NCBI RefSeq assembly: GCF_026210795.1
Contig: NC_089433.1
Coordinates: forward strand, 2,356,001-2,420,000
Direction of reading: 5' to 3'
Source: Rhizophagus irregularis
Lineage: Eukaryota
DNA length: 64,000 nt
Notes under the pieces: model-generated
What the model was told of the DNA's origin: nothing
Database searches by the model: none
What the model saw: only the letters and a program-made list of their open reading frames with translations
Position numbers and translations under genes: made by a program
Shown here: positions 1 through 13,059 of the stretch, piece by piece
Numbering within the stretch: position 1 is the first letter of the stretch
Layout of the letters: each line of letters starts with the position of its first letter

Positions 1-561
1 CAGTTATTTTAAACCAGTTTTTATATTTTATATATTTTTTATATAATTTATATAAATTATATTTTATTTTACTTTTTTAAAATAATTAATATTTAATAAA
101 ACATATATATATTTTTTTTTTTTGGCTGCAGTACATTCAGAATTTTATTAGAATTTAAATAATTCAATATATGAGTAAGACAAATGGTAAAAGAAAATAA
201 AACCTAATTAATTAAAAAACTGAATTACTTGTTAATTCAGACCAAATAACCATGTATGCACTATCAGGAAAAGCTCTGAACTGATAAAGTAAGTTTAATG
301 TGTAATTGTTCTTTTTTAGATGGGATCCTCTTTTCCAAATTTACACTTTAAGTACTTCTCAAAACTTACTGTAATTGCAACACAAAACTCACAGTTAATG
401 AACAAAAAAGAAATAAAAGAAGCAATAAAATAAAAGCTGAGGTAAAAAATAAAATAAAAAAAGGGTTAGTAAAATAATTCAAAGTAAGTAACTACTATAG
501 TATCCCATTCGTCTTGCCTATAGCTCTTTTAGCTTGCCCAGTCCTCCCATCAGTTAGCAAA

Positions 562-838
562 CACTGGTAAAAAAATGGTCTATCCTATACATATCCTACA
601 CATATCTTACATATATCGGGTACTCAAAATGTAGAAAATCATACACAAATAATACACATATACAGCATATCGGGTACTTATATATATAGTATACCTATTA
701 GGTACCTGATATATGTATGATATATATATTAGTACCCGATATGTGTATGATATGTGTATTATTTGTGTATGATTTTCTACATTTTGAGTACCCAATATGT
801 GTAAGATATGTGTAGGATAAATCATTTTTTTACCAGTG
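562..838. mobile_element. CMC/CACTA-type MITE (CACTG ends), foldback; near-identical to 60397-60675
   Basis: Ends CACTGGTAAAAAAATG...CATTTTTTTACCAGTG with long internal inverted symmetry; flanked by AAA/AAA 3-bp duplication. Confidence 0.85.
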
Positions 839-1180
839 AAATCTACTAAGTAAACTTCATATTTCAACTAAAAGTGTTAACTTTGAAGTACTGTCAAGAT
901 TCTTTTTCATAGTTTTTATTATTTTAGTAACGTGTTTATTCCAAGATCTTCCCTTCTATTTCTTATCTTTTAAATTTTTTGATGCTACATTTGGATTCAC
1001 CTCTTGGTTCTACTGTAATGCAAGTTCTTATTCTTTAGTGACCTACAAAATCTATTTAACTTAAGTGTAAAATATCTTATCCAAACATCTTTAAAATTTT
1101 TGAAGTTGAATTCTGTATTAGTGATTTTATTCAAATCAGCTCACATTTCAAAATATGTAATCAACTTTGAGCATCTTCAT

Positions 1181-4100
1181 TAGTGATCCGATCCTATTTC
1201 TAAATGGTCATCCGGATCCAATCCCAAATCTCTTCAGCAGATCTGGATTTCCATCCGGATCTGAAATTTTACGAATTGATCCTTAATTTAGGATCTATCC
1301 GGATTAATCCTTATTTGCATTAATTTAAGATCTATCCAGATCTATCCCAATCCGAATTTTAGCAGATCATCTGTGATCCATAAATTTTTATTGGTCCATT
1401 TACTTGAAGCTTGCGCCTTCGGAGAATTTATTTATTTTTTTTAAAAAAAAAATTAGTCCGCTAATATATTATTATAGAAATTAGTAGTTTATATTTAATA
1501 TTAATGAATATTTCATTTATTCCATATATTCTTGTTATTTATTACAAATTTAAATACTAAAAAGTAAAAAAACGGTTTAACAAATAACAATTCATAAATT
1601 CAAGGTTAATATTATTCAACTTCGTCCCACTCTTTTGCAAAAACTTCCATTGAACGGATATTCCTCTTTAAAAACAATATCTGACCCACTAAACTTGTGT
1701 CTAAACGATTTCTTTTTGCTGAAATTAGTGAACCAGCGTGAGAAAATAACCTTTCGCTTGACACAGAAGTAGCTGGAATCCCAAGGTATTTGCGGGCAAT
1801 TTGTGATAACTTTGGAAAATTTCCTGCATGAACTCGCCACCAATCCAATGGATCTTCTGCTTTCAATGCAGCTGGCATTGCCAAATAACTATCAACTTCA
1901 TCAATAGTTACAGGTGTTAACGGTTTTTTAGTCTTACTTTGACGGCGCTGGCGGTATTCTTTTTGTGAACGCAATGAAGATTCTGCACCTGAAAAAGGTA
2001 TGATTGGATTAGATGGCTCTGCTATAGGTGCTATTGGTGTTGTGTTATTTGAGTTATTAGAATTCAACTCATTAAACTCATCACAAAGTTTTTGAATTAT
2101 TTCAATTTTTTTATCTTCTAGTTCTAAACTTAACTCCTTATAACGCAGATCTAATAAAGTAGCCATTAATCCTGTATCATTGGGGTATCCCAGTAATAAA
2201 GTAATGCATTGTAAACATTATTTTTTACTTTTTCCAAAATTCCTTCAGTCTTTAATGGATCTTTAATAGAGATTTTCTTTTTGGTAATGTTGCTTATAAT
2301 CTCTTCATTATCGATTTCAACATCACCTTCTTCAAATATTGTGTCTTCATTAAGATAATCAGCATCATTTGATGGCAGGTTTTCTGAGTCAGTAGCTAAA
2401 TCAAAGGTGAATTCCTTAATAGTTAGCATCATTTTACTAAGCGTTACATATGTACCTCCAGAAAAATATCGAGTTGCTCCCTCAAATGGAGATAAAAGAT
2501 CAATTAATTTGTCTAACAATTCCCATTCTTCTTCGGATAACATGATTTTTTTTAGTTTAGTACCATCCTTTTTATCCTCTCTATTTGTACTAGTATATAA
2601 ATCAGTCTGAAGTTGAATTATTGCATCTTTGAGATAAAAAAGTCTATCCCAAGCATAATATGAAGAATTCCAACAGGTCTGTACATCTTGTATACAGCGC
2701 ATTATATCCTCATATCCCAACTTACGCTGCACTTCTTCCAATCTTTCTATCTGCTTTTGTGTTGAAAAAAAATTGAGTATATGTTTTGTACGTGCAGCTA
2801 AAATTTCTACAGGTACCAATCCTTTCCCAATTGCTAATTGAAGTGTGTGTGTAACACAGGGAAGTCTTTGAATAGTTTCACATTGATCTTTTTGAGTTAA
2901 AATAGGAAATGCCGCCTTCATATTAGAACCGTTGTCAGTAATAATTGCTGTTACACGCCCATTAAGATCCCAACTTGAAATGCAATCATAAAGTAATTCA
3001 GCAACTAAATTTGCAGTATGAGGAGATGGTGCATACTTTATCTCTAACATTACATCTTTGACCTTAAAATTGGGCGTAATCCATGCAGCCGTAATACCAA
3101 TATATCCATGCTTAGCCCTACTGGACCAAAGGTCCGTGGTAAGAGATACTGTTGCAGCAGTTTCGTTTAGAATATTCTTTAAATTTTCATAATTATGTTG
3201 ATAACTTTTAGCTATCATAGTTTTAATTTTTTGTTCTCCAGGTACTACAAATGAAGGATCAAAATGGGACATTTTTTCTTTATATGCTGGATTTGTAATA
3301 GTAGCAAGAGGTTGATCGGTAAGCAACATCCATTTAAGAACTGATTCTTCTCGTTGTTTTTGAATATGCTTAGGATGAGGTCGACAAAATTGAGCAAAAT
3401 CTGTGATTTTTGTATTTCGTAGCTAAATTTAAATATAATTAAAACATTAATAAAAAACTTTAAATAAATTTTTAATTGTAGCAAAAAATTTTACCCTTTT
3501 CAGAGCATTTTCATTATCCTCATCGATAATTTGATGAACATCTCGTAAATGTACAACAAGATTTCCAGTTGAGCTTCCTGTATTTCGATATACTTTACCA
3601 CATCGATTACCATTTTTATCCAAGATTATACAAGTATGAGTTTATTCTCCTTTTATATTGTATCTTATTTCAAAGTGATTTTTCGTAAATGATGATTTTT
3701 TTCTTTTATTTACATGATTTCCGCTTATAGAACTTAATAGGGAACTTGTTTCAGTTTCTTTTTTTTTAATAAAAATTTGAATGATTATTAATTTTATTAT
3801 TGAAAAAAATTTCTTAATTTAAGCTTATTTAGATATCTTTATCTTTTTCTGAAAGGTTTTGTTCGATTATGTCAATATTAAAATCATCACTTTGAATATA
3901 GTTAGAATCATCCATTTTATTTTTAATATTTTGTATTTTATTTATTAGAGTAATTACATTTCAAAGAAATTTGAGGGATTGGAGAAAAAAAATTCAGTAT
4001 TAGTAAAGAAGGAAATAAAAAGGGGTTGTATAACCGCTCCATTTCATAAAATTTTTTTATAAACGATAAAATGGAAAAGTTCAGGAAAAAATCAAACATT

Positions 4101-4242
4101 GGACATCCAGATGGTCATCCGGATGATAGTCATCCGGATTATTTAACGGATCATCCTTTTAAAAATTATAGGATGCAGATATCCAAATTCAATCCGGATT
4201 GAGGATCTATCCGGATTAAACGGATTTAGGATCGGATCACTA
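1181..4242 (-). mobile_element. hAT DNA transposon, full length, transposase inactivated
   Basis: Perfect 16-bp TIR TAGTGATCCGATCCTA/TAGGATCGGATCACTA; 8-bp TSD ATCTTCAT (1173-1180 and 4243-4250); ATCCG(GAT) subterminal repeats at both ends. Confidence 0.95.
1612..3915 (-). pseudogene. hAT transposase (BED finger, DDE RNase H fold, C-terminal dimerisation domain), frameshifted near 2166-2190
   Basis: BED-like C..C/HLRDVH at ~3540-3640; LTTDLWS, ITDNGSNM, CVTHTLQL; IPATSVSSERLFS; ORFs 2166..3329 and 1612..2166 are out of frame. The 5' end is approximate. Confidence 0.9.
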
Positions 4243-4678
4243 ATCTTCATTCTTAAACAATTTTAAAAGCTTTGCATCTAGTGGATGAAAGTAATAATTG
4301 GCAGAGTTATCTGCAGGATATATATTACCGGTTGTCATAGATTTGGAAATATTCATTAAAACTGCTTAAAATTTCTCATGTTCTTTATATTGCTTTAAGT
4401 TTCAAGTTGTAGAAAACTATCTGATTGGCAAATCTTCTAAGAAAGCGGTCTAAACTCTACTATTTTATTGACTTAAAACTGTATCAGTTGATTGATACAA
4501 TGATACTATTACCGTAACATATTTTTTTGCATTTTGACTTTTGAGTTTTATAGTTAAAATATTACCTAAGTTTTGAGATAATTAAGAATTTCTACTATTT
4601 GGATCCACTTGGAGAAAATATCATACACAACTATTTTACAAATATTATTCTTGAGTATAGACTCATATCCAGTTATAA

Positions 4679-4870
4679 TACAATTATTCCTCTTTATAGC
4701 TACCCTCTATATAAACACATTCTCTTTTAAGTTATATCACTTTTAAGTTCTGATTTTTTATATAGTAAAATGCCTTTTATATAGTCACAAATTGATTATA
4801 GTCGCTATCACAGCAATCATTAATCCTAATGTAATAGTTAACATATGGAAAATTTTTCACTTATAATCAT
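4679..4870. mobile_element. Degenerate fragment of the TATAGTCAC-repeat MITE family (cf. 9024-9984)
   Basis: TATAGTCACAAATTGATTATAGTCGCTATCAC resembles 9124-9155. Confidence 0.45.
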
Positions 4871-5289
4871 TTTACATGATTAAAAGTATATTCAAAAAGT
4901 GTATACTATGTTTTGAAGATAATTACTGGTCAAAATTAAAACTTTCGGTCATATAACAAATCGGCAAAAGTTTGGCAGATCTGTCACACATTTTAGCTCA
5001 ATTTTAGAAGTTATTAAAAATCATTTAAATTTTAACATATATGATTTATGGTCAATTTATAAAAATCATCGGATATGTAATATTTGATTAAGTTTCATAA
5101 ATACAATCGGTTATTAAGTTTAAGTAAAGCAAAATAAAATATTTAAATTTTATTTACTAAATATTTCCTTTAGATTGCCTGCCAATTATAATCTGCAGTT
5201 CGCAGATTTTTATTTGATTTAGATCAGATGATTGAATCAAATAATCTTTTTTTTACTTCAGTTTCATAAGTATTACGTTACAAAATTTA

Positions 5290-5968
5290 TTTGAATTTTT
5301 TTATTTTTTATAGGGACTTTGGCTCCAATATGAACACCAACTTTCCAATTAAGTTTTGAAATAAATTTTGTAACTTTTATTTAAAAAAACTGTTTTTTTT
5401 TATATACTATATATATATATTGTAAAAACTTTAATTCTAACATAAACATAAATACCAAATCTTCAGATAAAGTTTTAAAAAGAGAAATTTTGAAACTTAA
5501 TTAAAAAAAATTAAATTATTTTTTTTTATTTTTATTTTTGTAGGATTTTGGTTCTGACATAAACACCAAATCTTCAGATAAGTTTCAAAAAGAGAAATTT
5601 TGAAAAGAAAAATTTTGAAATAATTAAAAAAATTATTATTTTTTCTTTTTTTATAGGACTTTGGTACTGATATGGATAACCAAATCTCTAGATAAGTTTT
5701 GAAAAGAGAAATTTTGAAATTTAATTAAAAAAAATTAGTTTTTTTCTTTTTTTGTAGAACTTTGGTACTGACATGAATATCAAGTCTCTAGATAAGTTTT
5801 GAAAAGAGAAATTTTGAAACTTAATTAAAAAAAATTAAATATTTTTCTTTTTTTGTAGGACTTTAGTTCTGATGTGGATATTAAGTCTTCAGATAAATTT
5901 CAAGAAGAGAAATTTTAAAACTTAATTAAAAAAAATTGTTATTATTTTTTCTTTTTTTGTAGGACTTT
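5290..5968. repeat. Tandem repeat, ~120-bp unit, 5-6 copies
   Basis: Recurring TAGGACTTTGG..CTGA..CCAAATCT(TC/CT)AGATAAGTTTTGAAAAGAGAAATTTTGAAA. Confidence 0.85.
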
Positions 5969-6041
5969 GTATTTTTTTTTTACTCTCATTTATTTCCTTT
6001 ATCCTTTTTTCATTCCTTTTTTTATTTCTTTATCTCTATTA

Positions 6042-6604
6042 GGAGCGTGCCAGAAATCAGCTGATTTGAAAGAAGATCAAGCTTCAGATCAAGTCTATAT
6101 ATATCACGTGATATTTATATATCTAAATATAAATATAAGTAATTTAATTATTTTTATATATTTATTATAATGTAATTATCTTGACTTCTAGTAATCCAAT
6201 TTTAATAAACTTTTTTTTAATTTATAGCTCTTATCTCTTATTTAGCTCTACAGATCTAGCTTTATAAAACAAAAAAAAGTTTGTTCAAATTGAATTACTA
6301 AAAGCCAAGATATTTGTATTTACATTATAATAATTATTATAATACAATTATCTTGACTTCTAGTGATCCAATTTTAATAAACTTTTTTTAATTTATAGCA
6401 CTATAAATCTAGTTTTACAAAACAAAAAAAAGTTTGTTCAAATTGAATCACTAGAAGTTAAGATAATTATATAATACTGATTATTATATATAATATTTAA
6501 TATTTAATAGTAATAATTTTTTTAGCCAATCAGATTTCAATCAGGTAGGGGTGGGAGATTAAAGCTACTAATTGAGAGAAATTAGCTGATTTTTGGCACA
6601 CCCC
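6042..6604. mobile_element. PIF/Harbinger (Tourist-like) MITE
   Basis: ~26-bp imperfect TIR GGAGCGTGCCAGAAATCAGCTGATTT / AAATTAGCTGATTTTTGGCACACCCC; TTA on both flanks; two internal palindromic repeats (6170-6470). Confidence 0.75.
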
Positions 6605-7198
6605 TTATATCCCTTTACTTTTCCTTTATTTATCTCTATTTGTTCTTTGTTTCTTCTTATTTCACTTTATTTCCTTTTGTTTCTTTCATTGTTTTATCAT
6701 TATTTATTTATTTTATTTATTGATATCTGCTATTTTAGCTGGAATTATACTTTATTGTTAGTTCCTTTATTTATCAGTAAATTTTTATCATTGTAATTCT
6801 TTTATTTTTATTAGATCATCTTTGTATTGTTTACTGTTAGTCATATACTCATGTTAAAATAAAATTTTTGATTTTAAATTTATTAATCTTTTTAATAAAA
6901 TATAAAATAAACTCATGATTTTTAACACTATTATAAAGTATAAATGTGTTAGTTTTGCTTTAGTTTAACAGTGTATCTAATATAATAAATAAAATTATTT
7001 TGTGAGAAAATTGTTAAGTTAAAAAATTTATAATATTTATCACGTGATCCAATTTTTAGCTGTATTGTATGAATTTTTTTTTGTTTTTTTCGTACAGTAC
7101 AGTACAACTCTTATATATTATATATATATATAAGCATTGTACTATATTGTATAAACTTTTTTTAATTCAATCGTACAGTACAGTTTATCTATTTACCT

Positions 7199-8210
7199 TA
7201 GCATTACCATGTAAAAAATGTTAGCCAGATTTATTGCTAGATTACACATGATTTGCACACATGATCCAGACAATTATTTTTGGTAATTATTTATTGATTA
7301 AAACTGTTGCTGTCTATATATTTAAAATAAAAATAAAAAAATATTAGTTAAAAAAAAGCTATTTTACCTATGAAAGTATAGTTATACAAATTTATATAAT
7401 TAAACCTGAAAAATTTTTGTGTTAAATTATTTTTGATAATTTTATTTTATTGTAATGTATTTTTTTATTGGCAAAAAATGTGATAAAGTTATTTTATGTA
7501 TTTTTAATTTTATTATTTATTATAATAAATTATTAAGATATTACATTTTTCTTACTTTTATTATAATAAATTATGTATTTTATTTGTAAATATAATTAAC
7601 ACTAAATAGTTTATTCCTATGCATTACAAATATAAAATATTATTAAATATGTTATATTAAAAAAAAAGTGTTCTTTTTCTAATTTAATATGTAAACCCAT
7701 ATATAACCATCATCTTCTGATATAAGAAGTACTATTTAATGCCTAATTTCATAATTAAATTATTCAAACTTATGTTTAGTTCAGTATTTTTTCCTTTATA
7801 AAGTTTATTGATATTATTTATAAGAGATTAAAGAAATATTTATGATTTCTTATATTCTGCATAACTAATTATCACGTTAGATTGTTTGTTTTCTTTTTAT
7901 TGAATGTGATTTTATAATATTATTTTAGTATTTGCAACATTTTTCAAAATAATTTCTTTTTATTAAAAAATTCCCAACTTTCTTTAATATAATAATACCC
8001 TTTACAAACCTTATTTTATTGTCGATATAATATGTTAACAATTTTTTAGAAAAATATTTCATATAAGAAAAAAAGGTGATGTGTAGCATAAAAGAATCGA
8101 TCAGATCAATAAAAGTTTTATAATTACCAAAAATAATCATCTGGATCATATATGTAGATTATATGTAATCTAGCAACAAATCCAGCTACCATTTTTACAT
8201 GGTAATGCTA
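7199..8210. mobile_element. Non-autonomous TIR element with ~90-bp inverted ends (CCATGTAAAAA core; CMC-like)
   Basis: 7199-7290 is the imperfect reverse complement of 8120-8210; the interior is AT-rich and non-coding. Confidence 0.7.
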
Positions 8211-8486
8211 GGATCATTGTAATTTTGACTATTTTGACTTTAATTTTAACTTTTGACTTTCCTAAGTTGAAATATTTTGACTTTTGAACTTCATATATAC
8301 TTTATGTTATAAAGTAATTTATTTTAATAGTAAATAGAATCCTAATTAAAAATTTATTTGAATTTTAAAAGAATTCTCAGAAAGTTTATAAATAAAGCTG
8401 ATAAAAGCATTTTACAATTACTTGAGTGAAAAAAATTAAAGCTTTTTCTTCAGTAACTGAACTTTTATTAAAAAAATGACCAAATA

Positions 8487-8662
8487 CAGTCAAACTTTGA
8501 TATAGCGAACCCTTAATAAATATAGTGAATTTTTTAGATAACTATAACAAATTTCCCCTCGCTATAATGAATTAACCAATCAAATCTCTTAAAATTTTCA
8601 CTATAACTTTATAGCAAAGTTGAGATCTGAACCTTAGGATTCGTTATAACAAGGGTTAACTA
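8487..8662. mobile_element. Small pogo/Tc1-mariner-type MITE, degenerate
   Basis: TA|CAGTCAAACTTTGATATAGCGAA ... TTCGTTATAACAAGGGTTAACTA|TA. Confidence 0.6.
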
Positions 8663-8744
8663 TAATTAGTAGGTGAAAAATATAGTTAATCTCCATTTTT
8701 TTTATTACATTTTAATAATAAATAAATTTTTTAATGCATTTTTA

Positions 8745-10724
8745 CAGGTCAAAAAGTGAAAAATCAAGTATCAATCAGGATTTTAAATATCTCTCATGCA
8801 ACCTACATTAGAGTTTGTATAGAGTTTATATGTTAATTTTAGTCAGAATTGCATATTTTAGAGGTATTTTCAAATTTTCTTATTTTATATATCCCATTTT
8901 TAAGCGATCTAGTAATTGGATTTTGACAAATTTAGGCTTATTAGATTTGTTTTAATGAGACAAATCATAGTAAAATCGCATTTTTAGCATTGATTAAGTT
9001 ATTGCTAAAAATGCATTTTACTACAGTCAACTCCCTCTATAGTCACTCCCGTTATAGTCACATTCTACTATATAGTCACACCAGTTGAATGTTCAAAACA
9101 CTTTATTATTAAAATTTATCCTATATAGTCACAATCTATCTATAGTCACTATCACACCTATCCTCAAAAATCTTATATTAAAAAGAACCGTTTATAATCA
9201 CAGTTATATAAAGAATATATTAAATAACTTGGCATCTAATAATCGTACAAAGATGTATCATAGCTTGTTAGAATCGTCTCACTGAGACGAATCGAATGGT
9301 GGTAGTTTTATCCTTTTCCGATCACTGGCTGACGAGTTATTCAACAAAATGTTGAACATCGGCATTATAATATTTCTTGATTTACGTTTACTGCGCCATT
9401 TAACATTTTGCTAGATTTCTCAGTACCTAGTGATTGTAAAAAGACGATTTATAGCTCGTTGGAATCGCCTCATCGAGACTAATCGAATGGTGGTAAGCTC
9501 ATCTCTCTGTGATCAATATTGACGGAGTTATTACTTAAAACCCATTTAATATTTTTTAATTTCGGAAATTGATCTAGTGATTGGATTTCGATGTATCTTA
9601 TACCATTAGAACCGTCTCATCAAGACGAATCGAATGGCGGTAAGATCATCTCTCTACGATTAATATTGGCAGAGTTATTACACAAAAACCATTAATATTT
9701 TTTTAATTTCGGAAATTAATCTAGTGATTGGATTTCGACGTATTTTATACCATTAGAACCGTCTCATCAAGACGAATCGAATGGCGGTAAGATCATCTCT
9801 CCACGATTAATATTGGCGAAGTTATGATACAATAAAGTTTTAAGTATAATTCTGGCTAAAATTATGTTAATTTTTGGCAGGAATTATGATATACAAATAT
9901 AAGAAATTTTTTATATAGTCACATCTCTTTATAATCACCAAATATGGACTGTCCCAAATGTGTGACTATAAAGAGAGTTGACTGTATATATTACCTTTAA
10001 GTTATTTAAAAGATATTCAGAGTTCTCATTAATTAGTTACCAATTGGATTTAACCTAGCATTATTTCAAAAAAAAACACTAATAATATAATCATATAAAA
10101 ATTATCATATCCATTATATCCTTGGTATTTTCATTATTTATATTTATCTGAGGAATTTAGTTTTTTTAAATTAGTAAAAACTTATTTGTTACATACTTAC
10201 ATATTATTTATCACTACACTGTTTACATGACAGTACATAATTCTACATAATACTGATCACCAATGCTTTTTTTGAGATAACGCTAGAATAGTTTACCAAT
10301 CGATTACTAATTAAGTATTTGATTGGTGACTGATTGGTAATTAATTAGCATTTTTACCAAATATTATTACCAATCAAACAGTTTGCTAATTTTTGATTCA
10401 ATAATTAAAAAAGGATAAAATATAGCTTATTGGAATCATTTTAACAAGACAAATCTAATGGTAGTGAAATTGTATTTCTAGATAAAAGTTGATAAGAAAT
10501 TAAGTATTAATCCTAAAAATGCAATTTTACTGCCATTAGATTCGTCTTATTAAGATGATTCCAATGAGCTATATTTCATCTTTTTCTGATTACTGGGTCA
10601 AACGGTATTTGACAAAAATATTAATTAGTCACCAATCATCAGTTACTAATCAGTTATCTATCAAGTATCTGATTGGTGACTAATTGGTAATTGATTGATA
10701 TCTGATTTTTTACTTTTCAACCTG
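8745..10724. mobile_element. TA-flanked non-autonomous TIR element hosting the 9024-9984 MITE
   Basis: ~33-bp imperfect TIR CAGGTCAAAAAGTGAAAAATCAAGTATCAATCA / TGATTGATATCTGATTTTTTACTTTTCAACCTG; TA on both sides. Confidence 0.75.
9024..9984. mobile_element. pogo/Tc1-mariner-type MITE with internal tandem palindromic repeats
   Basis: TIR CAGTCAACTCCCTCTATAGTCAC / GTGACTATAAAGAGAGTTGACTG (2 mismatches in 23); TA TSD; four copies of a CGTCTCA..GAGACGAATCGAATGG cassette. Confidence 0.9.
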
Positions 10725-11119
10725 TATTTATTATAATTTATTAAAAAATATATATATATTATTAAATAAATTAATTTATTCCTTATCCTAAGTAAGATTT
10801 GAAATTTTTTATTTCTAAATCATAAATCGTTTAAAAATATTAAAAATAGTATTTATAATTTTTCTTAAAATATTAAGTAAATTTGTAAAGCAGTTAAAAT
10901 TACCTATAAATTATTATTTAAAGGTTGTATGAAACTTATATTAAGTTTTATTTTAAAAAAAAATTTATTTTGTTAAAAATTACATTATTTCTTTTTTTAA
11001 AAAATAATTAGCAAATGATCAGTATAACATTATTTTTATATATTAAATTCAGGGAGTATAAGAAATTATTCAGATGAAAAATAAATTTTTTTTTATTAAA
11101 TTAGTAATTAATAATTATA

Positions 11120-11360
11120 AAAAAATGCAATACAACTTGTTAGAATTATCTTACTGAGATAAATCAAATAATAGTAGTGCAATTTATTATATTTTTTATA
11201 TAACTATGACTATAAATAATACTTTTTAATATAAGATTTTTGAAAATAAATGTAATAATAATTATAGATAAATTGTGACTATATAGAATAGATTTTAATA
11301 ATAAAATGTTTTGAACATTTAATTAATATAATTATATAATAAAATGTAACTATAATGTTG
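11120..11360. mobile_element. Heavily decayed inverted copy of the 9024-9984 family
   Basis: 11270-11355 is the reverse complement of ~9055-9140 with many G/C to A/T changes. Confidence 0.55.
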
Positions 11361-11619
11361 AATAATAGAAAAGTTTATTAGTAATGTAAGAAACAGAATA
11401 TTGCATCTATTTAAAGTATCACCTAAAATGCAATATTCAACAAATGTAATTATGATAAAAAAAATATATATTTTTGAAAATTAGTTATATAAATAACTTT
11501 ATTATAAAGATAAAAAACTTTATAAAAGATATAAAGGTAAAGAATTGACTCAGTACAAAATAATTTATTCAGATTATAAGAATAAGAATTAAATTTTAAA
11601 ACAAAAAAGCAATTTATTT

Positions 11620-11730
11620 AGAAGTATACTAAAAATCAGCTAATGTTTTTCAATTAGTAGTTTTAATCTCTTCACCTCTATATTGATTGAAATTTGATTG
11701 GCTAAAAAAAAATTTTATTATTAAATATTA
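11620..11730. mobile_element. Decayed terminal fragment of the 6042-6604 PIF MITE family
   Basis: AAAAATCAGCTAATG..CAATTAGTAG..TGATTGGCTAAAAAAAA is the reverse complement of ~6495-6600. Confidence 0.6.
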
Positions 11731-13059
11731 GAATAAATCTAATTGTAATAACTTGTAATAACTCCAATTTTATCCAATTAAAATTTAAAAACAAAAGATT
11801 AAAGACAAGAATTTTTTTAAAAAATTTTAAGAAACTGCTAAATTTTGTCTATAAGTAAAGTTCTCTAAATTAAATTTTGCATACAAAAATTTGCACATAC
11901 TAAATTTATTATTAAAAAAAACAAAAAAAGGATGTTATAAATAAAATATGTAACAAGTTGTTATAAATACATTTATTCTAAATATTAAATATTATATATA
12001 ACCTATAAAAAGTATTTTTATTAAATATATTTAAAAATATATTTAAAATATGCTTAAATTTTATATTATACTGAAATGAAAAAAATTAAATATAATTTTA
12101 AAAATAAAAATTTTTCCTTATTTTAATATAATTTTCTATTTTAAAAGAAAGTTCAAAAATTTTAACAGTTTGTTATAGCATAAAAGCATAAACCTATGGA
12201 ATAGTTAATGGCAATTATCCTTACATATTTTATGTTTGTTATCGGTAATAAAGAAAACTATAATAAATTATACCATTTTTACTCTTTGATCAACAAGAAT
12301 GATTCATTGATAATTGACGTAGCTGTCGTAGCATAATCGTCTTATTATCTGATTATCTTATCATCGCATATGGCGTGAGTACTGGAACAGAAAAATATTC
12401 TAAAAAAGAATAAATAGTGTAACTGGTAATAAATGTGTTTTTTGCCTATTTTTTGACTTATTTAATTAAAAATATTTTGTTTTGGGTAAAATTAATTTAT
12501 ACTTTTTTGGATACGATAGAATTATTAAGTTTTTATATGTAAAGTCAAGAATGCCTTCTGGCCTTTAAGTAAACTTGTAGAACAGTTAAAAATGTGCCTA
12601 CAGAAGAATCTTCAAAAGCTTTTTTAAGAAATAAAACTTGGTTGTTTATAACTCATAAATTACTGCACCACCAACCTGGCACACATTCCAGACGTACGTC
12701 CCATTTATTTTCTGATGCCGGCCAAAGTTCCATTAATGCCATAATTCTGCCCAGAATATACATTAAGATTTACGCTAAGTACCTATACAATATTTAGACA
12801 TAGTAGCATTATCAATATTTTGTATCATTATTTTAGGTTAAAAATTCATAAAAACAGAGTTCTATGAAATACCTACCAATTTCTTTTATCATTTCGTTTC
12901 TAACTAATTCACAAATTATGATTGGTTAAAATAGTTACAATAGTTACACAAATGAATGGCGTATGGCGTATTAATCTATTAAGATCAGATTCTTTGGATG
13001 ACATCTTTGAATAATACCTTCCTAGTTTAAGGACCATTCCTTTCATTAATTTATCAAAA

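Noticed and set aside
607..867. 86-aa ORF, and 60621..60872 with the same peptide
   Set aside because: Both read through the non-coding CACTG MITE.
180..4670. Decayed coding-like sequence on the minus strand flanking the first MITE and hAT (180-560, 840-1180, 4250-4670)
   Set aside because: It is probably an older TE relic, but too degenerate to assign by eye.
12300..12830. GC-richer patch with a 67-aa ORF (12594..12797)
   Set aside because: I recognise no motif, splice structure or RNA fold, so no call can be supported.
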